From assembly GCA_028865235.1 (NCBI GenBank), contig CP114563.1, forward strand, positions 10,914 through 74,913: a stretch of DNA of 64,000 bases, read 5' to 3'. Below the pieces are notes generated by a model that worked only from the letters and a program-made list of their open reading frames with translations, searched no databases and was not told the origin of the DNA. A program made the translations under genes and the position numbers. How positions within the stretch are numbered: position 1 is the stretch's first letter; each line of letters opens with the position of its first letter. This stretch comes from Candidatus Manganitrophus sp. (lineage in GTDB: Bacteria; Nitrospirota; Nitrospiria; SBBL01; Manganitrophaceae). Below are positions 1 through 13,900 of the stretch, in pieces.

Positions 1-3033
<3,033 letters not shown>

Positions 3034-3149
3034 GTTCCATCTCCTTTGTTCTTATCCTCTTAGGACCCGTCTTCCTTACTTGCTGAACAGGGCCAAACCC
3101 AAAGTTCTAATGAAAAGGGATGGTAAGCTCGGGTTTAGTCAAGGCGCGT

Positions 3150-3491
3150 CTATACAGCCAGATCATTTTTCTCGCCACTGCGGATTCGGACAACCTGTCC
3201 AAGCTCTCCGACCGTGATGATGCCGTCCCCTTTGTGTCCGGTGTGAGCCACGGTTCGGATAGTTTCTACGATTCTTTCAACCAACTCGCCGGAGCAGACC
3301 ACCATCAAAATGCTCTTGCGGTGGTAGCCGATGTCCTCCTCGGAGGCGACATAAGCGCCTCCGCTGCCGCGACCCCGACCCTGTCCTTGAGCCTCCAGCA
3401 GTGTAAAGCCGGGAAAATGTTCGAGGGACTCCAGAGCATGAACCACTTTATGGACCATGTGCGGGTGAATGATTGCTTTTATCTCCTTCAT
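3150..3491 (-). CDS. P-II family signalling protein between czcB and czcA
   Basis: MKEIKAII..GQGRG..AHTGHKGDGII P-II signature, intact 113 aa. Confidence 0.9.
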   Translation of the reverse strand: MKEIKAIIHPHMVHKVVHALESLEHFPGFTLLEAQGQGRGRGSGGAYVASEEDIGYHRKSILMVVCSGELVERIVETIRTVAHTGHKGDGIITVGELGQVVRIRSGEKNDLAV

Positions 3492-3509
3492 TATTATCCT
3501 CTTCTAAAA

Positions 3510-4772
3510 TCAGTGAGAATGAGTGGCCTCTCCTTTACCTAATTCGGCTTTGAGCGCAAAGCTATTCCGGGCGGCATAGCTTTCCCCAGGGGAGAGACCC
3601 GAGACGATTTCCGCCCATTGTCTGTCTCTTCTTCCGAGCTCGATGGCCCGCGCTTCGAAGTGATCGCCATCATGAACAAAGACAACCGGGCGATCCTCAA
3701 CCGTCTGAATGGCGTCGACCGGAACGGCGACCGGCACCGGCACTTCTTCCTGGACCACCTCGGCGGTCACAAAGAGCCCGGGCCGCCAGCTCCCTTTTGG
3801 ATTCGGGATGTCCACACGCGCCTTCGCACTTCGGGTCTGCTCGCCGACCAAAGGGCCGAGATAGGAAACCCGTCCTGCCGCCTCCAGCTTCAATGTCTTG
3901 GCGCGGACGGTGACCTTCTGTCCCTCCTTGATGACATCCAGGTCATTCGCGTAAACGGTGAATTCCCCCCATACGGTTGAGAGATCCGCGATGACAAAGA
4001 TGTCGGCATCCTCCTTGATGGCCTCTCCGACGGCAACCTCTTTCTGAATCACAACCCCCTCAAACGGCGCCCGAATTTCATAATGCGTAAAGACCTCGCT
4101 GGAACGCTCAGAGAGACGCTCGAGGTCGGCTTGGGAGAGCCCCAAAGCGAGCATTTTCTGGCTGGAGGTCTGAAATTCGATCTCCGCTTCGGCCAGCGCC
4201 TGCTTGCTGGCCAGAAAATCTTGCTCGGGGGAGATTTTCTTCTCGAAGAGCTGTTTCTCGCGCTCGAACGTCGCCTGTGCCAACTCCAGCCGTTTGCCGG
4301 CGGCCAAATAGGCGCTCTTTGCATCGGCGAGCTCCCGGCTGTCGATGACGGCAATCACTTCACCTCTCTTGACCGGATCACCGAGGTTCTTTCGCACCTC
4401 GGTGACCACCCCCGAGAGCCGGGGAACGACATGGGCCACTTTGTTCCGGTTGAGGCCGATTTCTCCCGGCAGTTCCAGAACCACCTTCATTCGAGCGGGG
4501 CCGGCGGTTTCGATTTCAATTCCGGCCCGTAGCGCCGCTTCGAAAGGAGCTCGATCTTGCCTTCTCCCTCAGCATGTTCCCCTTCCCCATGCTCCCTTCC
4601 GCGTGTTCACCTTCCATATGACCTGATTCGCCCTCTTCATGAGGATCTGATTCGGCCCCTTCGTGGGAATCGCTCCCGATCGATGTCTTGTCTGCGCGGA
4701 TAATAAAAAACCCTAAGACCACTCCCACCAGGAAGACGGCAAAGATCGGTGCCACGTTTTTTTGCCTTTCAT
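3510..4772 (-). CDS. czcB: CzcB-type RND periplasmic adaptor (one frameshift)
   Basis: N-terminal TM and His/Glu-rich linker, then VVPRLSGVV, IRAPFEGVV, ADLSTVW, WRPGLFV; ends in HSH. Confidence 0.9.
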
Positions 4773-4774
4773 TT

Positions 4775-6142
4775 TATTTATCGCTCCTATTGTTTTGCTC
4801 TGGGATATTTTGGACCGCGCGTTCAGCGCTCCCCAATCGTTCCACCTCGGCCACCGCCTGATGGTAGCCTCTCAACGCGCTCAGATATTGCGCCCGTGCC
4901 CCAAAACAGGGTCCGCTGGGCGTCCAAGACATCTAACAAGCCGAACTTACCGAGGCGATTATCCTTCAAATTGACCGCTCAAACGCACTCTCAGCGCCAG
5001 GCAACACGTTGCTCGAGACCGCACCTCGGCATGCGAAGTGGGACCGGTCTGATGAGCTTCCGCGGCGCCGTCGTCACGCGCACCTCCGCGGCCCACCGCT
5101 CCTCCGCCGCCCGCTTCAAGCGATGCTCCGCTTCCATAATTCTTCCTGAGTTCGGTTAAAGATCGGAAGAGGAATCGTCACTCCAACAACAAAGGCGTTG
5201 TCGTTCGTGTCGGAAATTGAATCGCCGGACTCCGCCGCTGATGAAGAGGTCCAGGGACGGCCTGGGACTTCTCGAAGGCAATTACGCCTGGCGCTGGGAT
5301 ATCTCGGTGGCCAACGAGCGTCGGGAGTTCTGCGAAAGACGCTGCGCCAAATTCTCAGTGCAGGGAATCGGTGAGACAGAGAAGAGATCGCCTTCGACTC
5401 TTTCAAATTGGGGACGGATGCTCCCCCGTAAAGCAGCCAGACGCTTGCGCGTCGCGCCTAATTGCCGTTGAACACGATCCAATTTATTTGCGCGGCGGAG
5501 AGGGCGGCAGCTGTTGGATGTCCTCAATTGGCGAGACTGCCCCCGCCCTCACCCGTTCAAACACCACTCCTACATTGTTTCGACAGACGGACGGTCTCTT
5601 CAATCAGCGCTAGTTTTGTTGGGCGCTTAACGCATCGATGAAGGCCTGAGAGACCTGTGTGAAGAGACGGTGTCGTTTTGCCTCATAGTCCCATCCGGCC
5701 GTCACGCGTGAGGGAGGCGACCTCAACCATTTTGGAGCGCTTACCACCCAATTCAATCAACTGCCCGAGTTGATGTAGTCCTGCGGCTGTCTAAGACCGA
5801 TATCTTCCAGGGTGGCCCCCGCCTCCGGATTAGGAAAAAGCCCGCTTGGAGCGTCGCCGCCTCCCTGAGCACGAACCTCCAGGAGAAAGGGACGCCAACT
5901 CCGGATTATGAAGCAGGGCCAAGCTTAAAGCCTGGCGAAGCCGGAGGGCTTCTCCCGGTCGGCTCTTCAATCGGGAGCGATTTTTCGGATTTCTTCTCCG
6001 GCTCTGGAAGCGGCCGAAATGTAGAAAGGTCGCTCCCAAGTGGACGAGGCGCGAAGGCAAGTGAATCGATGCGCGAAGTCGCACAACCGGCCAGACCAAT
6101 AATAATTATCGTTCCAAACAAAAATGAATATTTTAGGTGCAT
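4775..6142 (-). CDS. czcC: TolC/CzcC outer-membrane channel (heavily frameshifted)
   Basis: Lipobox LAGC, ALLHNPEL, VGVTIPLPIFNR; first large gene of the CBA operon. Confidence 0.8.
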
Positions 6143-6264
6143 GAGTGTCTCAGTGGATTACATGACTCCAATCGATTCATCACAAGATGCACAAGCGGAA
6201 AAACATCAAATGTGAATACCGGAATATTCTCAGAATTGGAGATTGGTTTAAATATCGTTTTAGA

Positions 6265-6634
6265 TCAGATGGGGTCAAGTAAGAAAGAAGGGGAAATCGG
6301 AGGTCTGGAGGGAAAAGCGGTAATTAACGATTCTTTTGCTAAATCATTCAGGGATAGACGAAAGGATTGATAAGGTCCGGATGGACCGAAGTGGAAGGAC
6401 GCTTCGGGGCTAAACGCAAAATGGCAAAGACAGTGGCAATCCACATCATAGCCGGAAGCGGTGTCAACGTCGGGAGAAGCGGATAGGTCTGCGAGAGAGG
6501 TCTCCGAGGATACCGTACCGAATGCATCCTGAGCACAAGGGTCGTAAACTACTCCCCAAGGTGAAGACCAGAAGCAGAATAAACGCAACTACCAGAGATA
6601 ATTTGTCGGACCAAATTTTATACATATTTATCAT
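6265..6634 (-). CDS. CzcI-like leader protein (TM, DCHCLCH, C-terminal RPP)
   Basis: Joined ORFs 6464-6664 and 6265-6588; directly upstream of czcC. Confidence 0.65.
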
Positions 6635-6654
6635 CAAGGATAACACCACGTTAA

Positions 6655-6683
6655 TGTATAACATACTTCAACCCGGTTGGCAA
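6655..6683 (-). promoter_or_regulatory. Putative sigma70 promoter of the czcI-like/czcCBA unit
   Basis: TTGCCA-N17-TATACA on the minus strand; AATGTATAA direct repeat at 6653-6661 and 6682-6690. Confidence 0.45.
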
Positions 6684-6685
6684 TG

Positions 6686-6757
6686 TATAAGGCAACCACC
6701 ATCGTTAGTTCAGGATTCTGAGTCTCTGCAACAAAGAAGCCGCAGAGCTGGCTTTTA
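6686..6757 (-). CRISPR. Single Cas12m-type repeat (6757-6722) plus putative spacer/guide (6721 downward)
   Basis: TAAAAGCCAG-CTCTGC-GGCTTCTTTGTT-GCAGAG-AC: 36 nt, stem CTCTGC/GCAGAG, 5' AAGCC complementary to loop GGCTT (pseudoknot), ends in AC, 43 nt after the effector stop; no second copy seen. Confidence 0.65.
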
Positions 6758-6764
6758 AGAATCT

Positions 6765-6791
6765 CCACATTCGGATTAAAAATCGATGTGG
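6765..6791 (-). other. Hairpin between the effector stop codon and the repeat
   Basis: CCACATCGATT-TTT-AATCCGAATGTGG imperfect inverted repeat. Confidence 0.45.
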
Positions 6792-6800
6792 CTGAAATAC

Positions 6801-8663
6801 CTATCTCTTTAATTGAGTTCTCGTAAAATTGATCGCCGCGTTTTTATCCTGATCCCAGATCATTCCGCAGTTTTCACAGGATAAATCTAATATCATCCTG
6901 TCGGCTCTTTTCGGTTTGTTGACACACCCGCACGCATGACAGGTTACTGTCGAGCTCCCCTGATGGTATAGAACAGCGGATCCCGATTTGATGGCCTGCA
7001 ATTCAATCCATCTTCTCAAGTCAGACAACGCTGCGCGATAGCGCATTTTCCTGGCCAGAATATGTTGCGGACCGGCCGAGCCGTCCGCTTTTCAGAAACG
7101 GCGAGGCCTCGCAGATCAAACCGCTTCAATACGATAAATCCATACCGTGCGCCAATATCCTTAGACACGTTTCGATAAAAATCTGTCCGCCACCGAAGCG
7201 CTTTATCTCGGAGGTTTCCCCACTCGTTGCGCAAACACTTATCTATCTTTCGCCAACGCTCAAGTGCCCTCCAAACTTCAGGATGAAATTCCGAATAACG
7301 TTCTCGTAGCCAGGGTTAATTGCACCAGTTGTTTCCCGGCAGCCCGGCCGGCGGACAAGAGGGAGTCGAATTGGTGCCGCAATTCATCGGGAGCTTTACT
7401 CTGCATCATCTGCATTTGTGACTTGAGCCAGGAAAGGATTTCATTCAAGGCACAATCGATTTTTGATTTCAGTTGATCGACACGGTCAAGACGCCGCAGA
7501 AAAAGGTCAGGCAAGACAATAAACTGGACTTCGTTGCTGCTGTCGACCAGGGTTGCCACACGAAGGCCCTCCGGTACCTTCCGCCAGCCTAAGTCGATGC
7601 CTGAAATTAAACGTGATGGAGATTTCACCGGCTCGGTTTTCGGCAGGATCGCCATGAATGTGACTGACCAGCGAAATTTTGTTCCCTCTTTGGATCTTTT
7701 GACAACGATCTCTTTTATCAGCGCCTCTTCAGGAATCGGTCGATGCATGATCATCGGGAAAGTCAAAGTTCTCCGAAACTCTTTCCCGTTTTCATTCTGC
7801 CTTCTGTAGACTGTAATAGTCAAGCAGGTGCGCTGCTGCCTCCGGCGTTCACCTCGGTGAGGGCTCGTATAGGCCTCTTCCGGCAGAGGTTGAACGGAAA
7901 CTTGTGAATGACTCCCGTCGAAGAGTCGTTTTAAAGTAATTCCTCCGGGTATCTGGTTGGTAAAGCGTCCCGTTCCGTCGAATGTGTGGGAAGCGAAGCT
8001 CCGCGCCCTCCCTTATGGCACGGACGCGGGCCATATCATACGATTTCCAGACGGCGTTATAGTTTCCCCACCATAACCCGCTGCTTCTGCGCTTGTTTGA
8101 CTTCAACTCTGCGCTCTTCTTCAAGTTGCCTCAGCAACGGCTGGATCCGTGTTTTAGACTCCGCCCGTTTTTGTTTCGCTTGGGAACTAAGCATCTGAAT
8201 CTCCACCGAGAGATTGGCAATCAGCTGGGTCTAATTCCTGCGTGCCTGCTTTTTCCTTGACCGGGCGGCGTGCCTCATCCGTTTGCGATTTCTGATCGCC
8301 TCTTCCTTTTGGGTTTTAAGCTCGTCGATTTTGAGGGTCAGTGGCCCGACCTCGGGATCCCTAGATATGATTTCCCGATAAGCTGCGCGCTGAGCGCGTT
8401 CAATTTCTACCAGACGATTCCAGAATTTATTTTGAAGGAAGAGTTGTTCTTGGCAGTCTTCGGACCAGTCCAAGGGATCCAGAAGCCCATATTGTCGAAC
8501 AATAACGCGCTGCCTTTTTTCAGAGCGAGCTTCGGAATTAAAAGTAACAGAACCCCTTTTATTTATTGAAGAGTCGTTGTCTAAAACGTTCTGGTTCCTC
8601 GTCCGTCTGTTCCTCGTCCGGAGGATGTTGAAATTTCATTCTCAAACGCTCAACAAATGTCAT
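6801..8663 (-). CDS. cas12m: Cas12m-like (type V-M / V-U1, TnpB-derived) effector, ~600 aa, split by several frameshifts; start uncertain (8530-8663)
   Basis: VIVRQYGLLDP..QLFLQNKFWNRLVEIE, long coiled segment, GLWWGNYNAV, LRFH.FDGTG, PMIMHRPIP, RuvC-I GIDLGWR, RTDFYR, zinc finger CHAC..CENC, RuvC-III WDQDKNAAIN; same motif order as I recall for MmCas12m. Confidence 0.85.
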
Positions 8664-8731
8664 GCATGCATCTATAATAAAACGCAAGCAGAATGATTTA
8701 AATTTTATTGATATATCTTAACTTAATCGTA

Positions 8732-9109
8732 TTAAAGAAGAAAGATAGGAGGGCGGAGAATTCTTGGTAGGAATGCTTCTTTCGAGGCCTCTTTTATAAT
8801 GAAATATATGGATGATGAACTGCGGATGGCCCGAGGTGTGAATGTTTTCAGGACCGGATGCCAGAGTGGCAGAAACAATGACAGTCGAAGCCATCCGTGG
8901 CAGTGCTCGAGGCGGCCGGCGAATCCGGTGAGGAAACAGTAACAGAAGACTGTGGCGGGAAAAGCGCGTAAACCGATAGGACAAGATTCAAAAGCGATCC
9001 CTGTAGAAAAGATCGCAAGAAAAATCACGGTCACGGCGGCTGAGACTCTTTTATCGTATATCTTATGATTCACTTTTTGAAAATATGCACCATACTTGTA
9101 GACAGACAA
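8732..9109 (-). CDS. Second CzcI-like leader protein (TM, DCHCFCH in shifted frame, C-terminal RPP)
   Basis: Minus strand ~8860-8920 reads SSTATDGFDCHCFCHSG; ends PRILRPPIFLL; paralog of 6265-6634. Confidence 0.6.
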   Translation of the reverse strand: MSVYKYGAYFQKVNHKIYDKRVSAAVTVIFLAIFSTGIAFESCPIGLRAFPATVFCYCFLTGFAGRLEHCHGWLRLSLFLPLWHPVLKTFTPRAIRSSSSIYFIIKEASKEAFLPRILRPPIFLL

Positions 9110-9229
9110 CTCTCAGTAACTCGATTTTAAGGATGAGGAAAATAGACAGGACCGGCGGCGTGGTTTCCGGTGCTCTCGTGTAAAAGATATCCTATTCCCC
9201 GGAACTGTTATTGGATCTTTAATTTACAG

Positions 9230-10613
9230 TCAGTGATGGTGCTCCCCCTCCTGCTGATGCTCTCCTGTTGGAAAGATCAGTAGGCTGGTGCGATCCTCCG
9301 ACGTGCAATCGTGTCGATTACGGTGTCGGTCGTGGCATCGATCACCCGAGACCGTCCCGTCCGCCTGATTGGTCACAAACAGATGACTGATTCTCTTCGC
9401 TGTGCTCAAAGAGTCCGATTGACCGCCCCTCTGATGTCGATCCAACCGCGATCTCTTTTATCAGTATCAATGTTGGAAGGGACAAGGTGTCAAACACCTG
9501 AACGATCGTGCTCATCGGACTGTTCGCGGAGGAGGCAATATACATCTTGAACCATCGGCGGTACATTCGATGGTGGCAAGGCCCAGATTCGGCAGATCGA
9601 TCTGCGTGATGCTGTTATCGGCGACAGCAATGATGGGCAGTGATTTCCAACGCGACACGATCCGCACCTGAATCATCTGTACCTAGAACGAAGACCAACC
9701 TCCCATCTGGGGTAATATGGATTGGTCCAGCGAATTCGATTTCCAAAGTCTGCTCAATGGCAGCGGCAGGACTGACTCCTGGGTTAACAATATTAACGGT
9801 ACCATAGCCTTCATTTGTATTGTAAATTCTGCCGCTCACCGGGGAATAGAGCCATTCCCTGTGGACCAGATGCATTTAGTGTGGTGGGATCGGCGTCGCA
9901 GGTTGCCGGGCTCTCTGGATGGATCACAGAGGTCGATGGTCCCGACCACCTTCAGGTAGTTAGCCAAGAGGCGGGATTGTTATCGGTCACTGAGATTGTT
10001 CCATCGACTACTATTGCTTACAAAGGCACGGGGTGGGACAGTTGGCATAATTAGCTCGGCACGCTGAAAGCGGCGATGTGGTCTCCCTCTCCCCACACAG
10101 ATCGTCGCCAGAACGTTCCCGATCTTCTCTTCTTCCTCCATCTGATCCACATGGTCGTAATCCTGGATCACTGAGACGGATGCGGCCGATGCTGCGCTGC
10201 AGGCCGGCGAGAGGTAGGTCGATCCCAGTTATTGGATCGGCATCGTTCAACACCCAAATCCGGGAACCTTCGGATCGCGATAGATGTGTCCTGGCCGCTG
10301 ACCCACGGCGATACCCCCTCTGAATGTCGCCTTCTCTTCCAACCGGATCAATGGTGGCGACTTGATTGGCGTTCCCCATGTTCACGAAGATGTGGTTCTT
10401 CATCGAGAAAGCCATTTCTCCTGTGCCTGAAGAGAGGTCGATCGGCTCGGCAAGCGTATGCTCCCCATCGGTATGCTCGATCACTGAAACTTTTCCAGCC
10501 TGATTGGCGACGAAGATCGAGCCTGTGAGTCCAGCCGACAGATCGGAGATACACCCTGATACGGATAAAAGGAGGGCTATCCAAACGCTGAAGAACATCG
10601 TCGATCTACACAA
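9230..10613 (-). CDS. YVTN/YncE-like beta-propeller lipoprotein with His-rich C-terminus (frameshifted)
   Basis: Lipobox VSGC, repeated IFVANQ..GKVSVI, IHITPDGRLVFV, LFVTNQADGTVS; ends EGEHHH. Confidence 0.7.
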
Positions 10614-10783
10614 AATTCTTCTGCCAGGAATTTGATTGGACTACTTTCGATAACCTCTCGTTCCACAGCAAAGGCACATTCTCTAAAACGCATCCGGATC
10701 ATACCCTTTGATACTGATTAAGTCCTCCGTGAAGCATATCTGGTGTATGCTTCCAAGGTCAACAAAACCCAAGAGGAGGGCTT

Positions 10784-11864
10784 ATGCGATTCTACACCCG
10801 GCAGCACAAATTTTACGGCATTGATCTGCACGCGGACGATGTATGTCTGTATTCTCAACCAGAGAGAGATTCTCCTGCATCGCAATATCCCATCAGACAA
10901 AGAGGGTTCCTTAAGATCATTGCCCCTTATCGAGAAGATCTGGCCGTCGCCGTGGAGTGTATCTTCACCTGGTATTGGCTGGCCGATCTATGCGATTCGG
11001 AGGAATCCCTTTTTGTCCTCGGTCACGCCCTCTACATGAAAGCGATTCACGGAGGCAAAGCCAAGAACGATAAGATCGATTCCAACAAAATCGCCCTGCT
11101 GCTTCGCGAGCGGGATGATCCCACAGGCCTATGTCTATCCGCACGGATGCGCGCCACGCGATCTACTTGCGCCGCCGCATGCACCTGATGCGTAAACGCG
11201 CCGAGCTTTTAGCCCATATCCAGAACACCAACAGCCAGTACAACCTTCCCGAGATCGGAGTGAAGATCGCCTACAAAGCGAACCGGGTTGGGATCGCCGA
11301 GCGCTTTCCCAGCCCGCCGTCGCCAGAAGTATTTCCGTCGATATCGCCTTAATCGATCACTACGATCAGCTCCTCGGTGATCTAGAACTCTATATTGTCA
11401 GAACGGCCAAGGAGCACGTGACCTCCAACACCTTCCACCGCTTAAGATCGATCCACGGCGTCGGAAAGATCCTCAGTTTAGTTCTCCTTTACGAGATTCA
11501 CGATATCGATCGTTTTCCCACCGTCCAAGATTTCGTCCCATTCGCCGCCTGGTCAAGTGCGCCAAAGAGTCTGCCGGAAAGCGCTCCGGCACCGGCGGAA
11601 AGAAGATCGGCAATGCGCATTTAAAGTGGGCCTTCTCAGAAGCCGCCGTTCTTTCTTGCGGGGTAACCCTTCGGCCCAAAACTTCTTAAGAAACTAGCCC
11701 AGAAACGCGGAAAGGAAAAGCCCTCTCGATCCTGGCCCATCGATTGGGCCGGGCGATCTTTACATGATGAAGAGAAAACCACTTTCGACCAGAAGAAATT
11801 TCTGGCCGAATCCTCTGGAGCAGACGGATCAGCCCGACGCCTAACTGGAGCCGCTTTGGGATGA
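10784..11864 (+). CDS. IS110-family recombinase/transposase (frameshifted)
   Basis: YGIDLH, VAVEC, KAKNDKIDS (DEDD), SIHGVG, KESAGK, GNAHLKWAF. Confidence 0.9.
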
Positions 11865-12310
11865 GCATGACCGCGTCCGTAAAAAAGAGCAACGACTGCG
11901 TCTTTGAGCGCGCATCGGACACTATGCCGATATCCCGGCATCCCATGTGCTTTGATTGGAGATCCGTCTGGCTCCTTAAATAATTGAGTTGTTGATGACC
12001 ATTTCGATTTGTTCTGCCCCTCACCCGAACTGAAGCTAACTGTGTCCGAACACTTCTTCCGTTCAACCCGTCGCGTTGAGTAGGACGGCGAGGGCGCCGT
12101 CGTTTCTAGGTCGCGAAGGGAAACACTCTCTTCGCATCCCCCCTGATGAACCATCAAAGGGGACTGAACCTCAATAAGTGTTTGGTGCAGGACAGCTCCT
12201 GCGCCCAATGGCGAAACCCAAGTCGGAACGAACGTTCTGTGTGAGGCAACTCAGGCATTTAAAAAAAGACGAAAGAAATTTCGTCACAGGGCATCTTTTT
12301 TCCCCTTGAC
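11830..12310 (+). ncRNA. Candidate bridge/seek RNA region of the IS1111-type element
   Basis: Long region without a convincing ORF between transposase and right sTIR, where IS1111 members carry their guide RNA. Confidence 0.5.
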
Positions 12311-12539
12311 TCCCGGAGGCCTTATAAGTGTTAGGCCGGCGCATTTAAGCTCGGATAGCAGAATATTTTAGAAATGAAGGAAGCCAGAAGATCAGGGAAA
12401 ATTCTGTCAGATTCTCTAAGGACTCACCGAAGTATAAATCTGAATCTACTTTTGTCAAGTTACTGTATTGTTTCCCGTCGTGATCGGGATTGAAGTGGAC
12501 AAATATCGGTAACTTTTCATCCGCTCCGGCGGAGAGCGT

Positions 12540-13900
12540 CACCCGCGAGGCGATCGGCGCTGAAATCGCCCGTCTTCGGGCGCTCGGGGTCCGGGCATAT
12601 GTTTTCCCGATCCATACTGACGAACAATCGCTTCGGCGGCGCCGCGGCCTATAAAGACTTCTTCAACGCAGCCAACAGAGTGCAGGAGGGTGGGTGGTTC
12701 GACCTGGAATGTTCCCCCCACTGTCGGCTAGCGGCATGGAAGCGAGATCCACCAGCGTCCTCAATATGCTTTCTCTTGATCGGCCCGCAGTGCCGAACTG
12801 TCCTCCGGGCCAGGCGCATCGGAATCGGCTCGGCCTAACCCCCGCCGGACGCGAAGCGATGGATATCCTAATGCGGAGCGGCATGCTGATTGATCATCGA
12901 CCATATGTCCGAGCGTGCTACGGATGAGACGTTAGCCCTCGGCCGCGACTTTCCGAGCGGATGGGGCTATCCGCTGATCTCAGTTTTCGCCATAACGGTC
13001 CTCGCGGAACGGGCGGAGAGGAGCATGGGCACTTGCGCGCCGACCAGATGGAGGCAATCCGGGACCGGGGCGGAATGTTGGGACCCTGGATGGTCCCACT
13101 CAGACGCGGCCCGTCTCGAGAAAATTTCGACCGGGTGCGCGAAATTCTCGGAGACGGGCGGGTCGCCTTCGAAACCGACATGAACGGCGCCGAGCACCAA
13201 CCCTGACCGAGAGCAGGAACTCGGGTCGCGACAACACGTGGAGAACCGGCCTCAGAGTATGGGACTATTCGGTGGACGGCGTCGCTAACTATGGGATGAT
13301 TCCGGAATTTGTCCAGGACCTGAAGCACCTTGATTCCGCCGAGGGCTTCGCGAGGGGTATGCGGAGCGCGCGGAGCTCTCTGCTCGGAGCGCCGTCAGCC
13401 TGCCTGTGTTATTGGGACCCCAATGTCAGGATTTTACCCCCCCCGTGCGGACCGATTTTCTCTGCCCGAGCCAAGTGGTCGCGGGAGACCGTGAATTTGA
13501 CGGCCATGGGCCGGAGATCTGGGTCAATGCCGAGCTCCAGGTTCGGCCCGACCCGGGTTCTGGAAGCCGTTCTGATGCGCACCCTGGAGACGCAACATGA
13601 CTGGTCGGAAACATGGGGAACAGTGGCGTATTCCGCTCTCCCCCCCGGAATGCGCGTTCAAGAAGTTCTCTCCGGCCGGTAGTCGGGAACCCATGTTATC
13701 AGCTCCGCCGCCGGGTTTCAAATCGGCGGTCCCGGGCCGGTCTCGAATGCCGTATCGAAACCCCCAATCTCCGGCGAACTCGTGAGAGAGTTCCAGATCG
13801 TCGGCGACACGGGAGAGACGATATCAGCGCCGACAGCAACTGCAACGATGACACTCGCATGCGGGTCGCTCCTCAAGACCGTAACCTCTGCCCCCGCCGG
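12540..13900 (+). pseudogene. Degraded membrane dipeptidase (M19)-like gene
   Basis: Fragments MLIDH.HMS, YPLIS, TDMNG, GVANYGMIPEFVQDL; no continuous frame. Confidence 0.5.

Larger units (their letters stand above)
10712..12330 (+). mobile_element. IS110-family (IS1111-type) insertion sequence; outer ends approximate
   Basis: Subterminal IRs TAAGTCCTCCGTGA (10719-10732) / TCCCGGAGGCCTTA (12311-12324), 12/14 match; transposase then ~450 bp 3' non-coding region. Confidence 0.85.

Noticed and set aside
6227-6236. TTC + TCAGAAT upstream of czcC as a self-target of the guide
   Set aside because: Only a PAM-like triplet plus 7 nt match, expected by chance in a window this size; no longer PAM-adjacent match was found by eye.
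8594-8620. GTTCCTCGTCCG direct repeat upstream of the effector as a CRISPR remnant
   Set aside because: 12-bp copies only 3 nt apart; explained as coding DEE repeats on the minus strand.
6801-8663. Ordinary IS200/IS605 TnpB
   Set aside because: Too long (~600 aa), has Cas12m-type N-terminal motifs, and no tnpA is present.
12330-12336. Integron cassette array
   Set aside because: One GTTAGGC only; no integrase or repeated attC sites seen.
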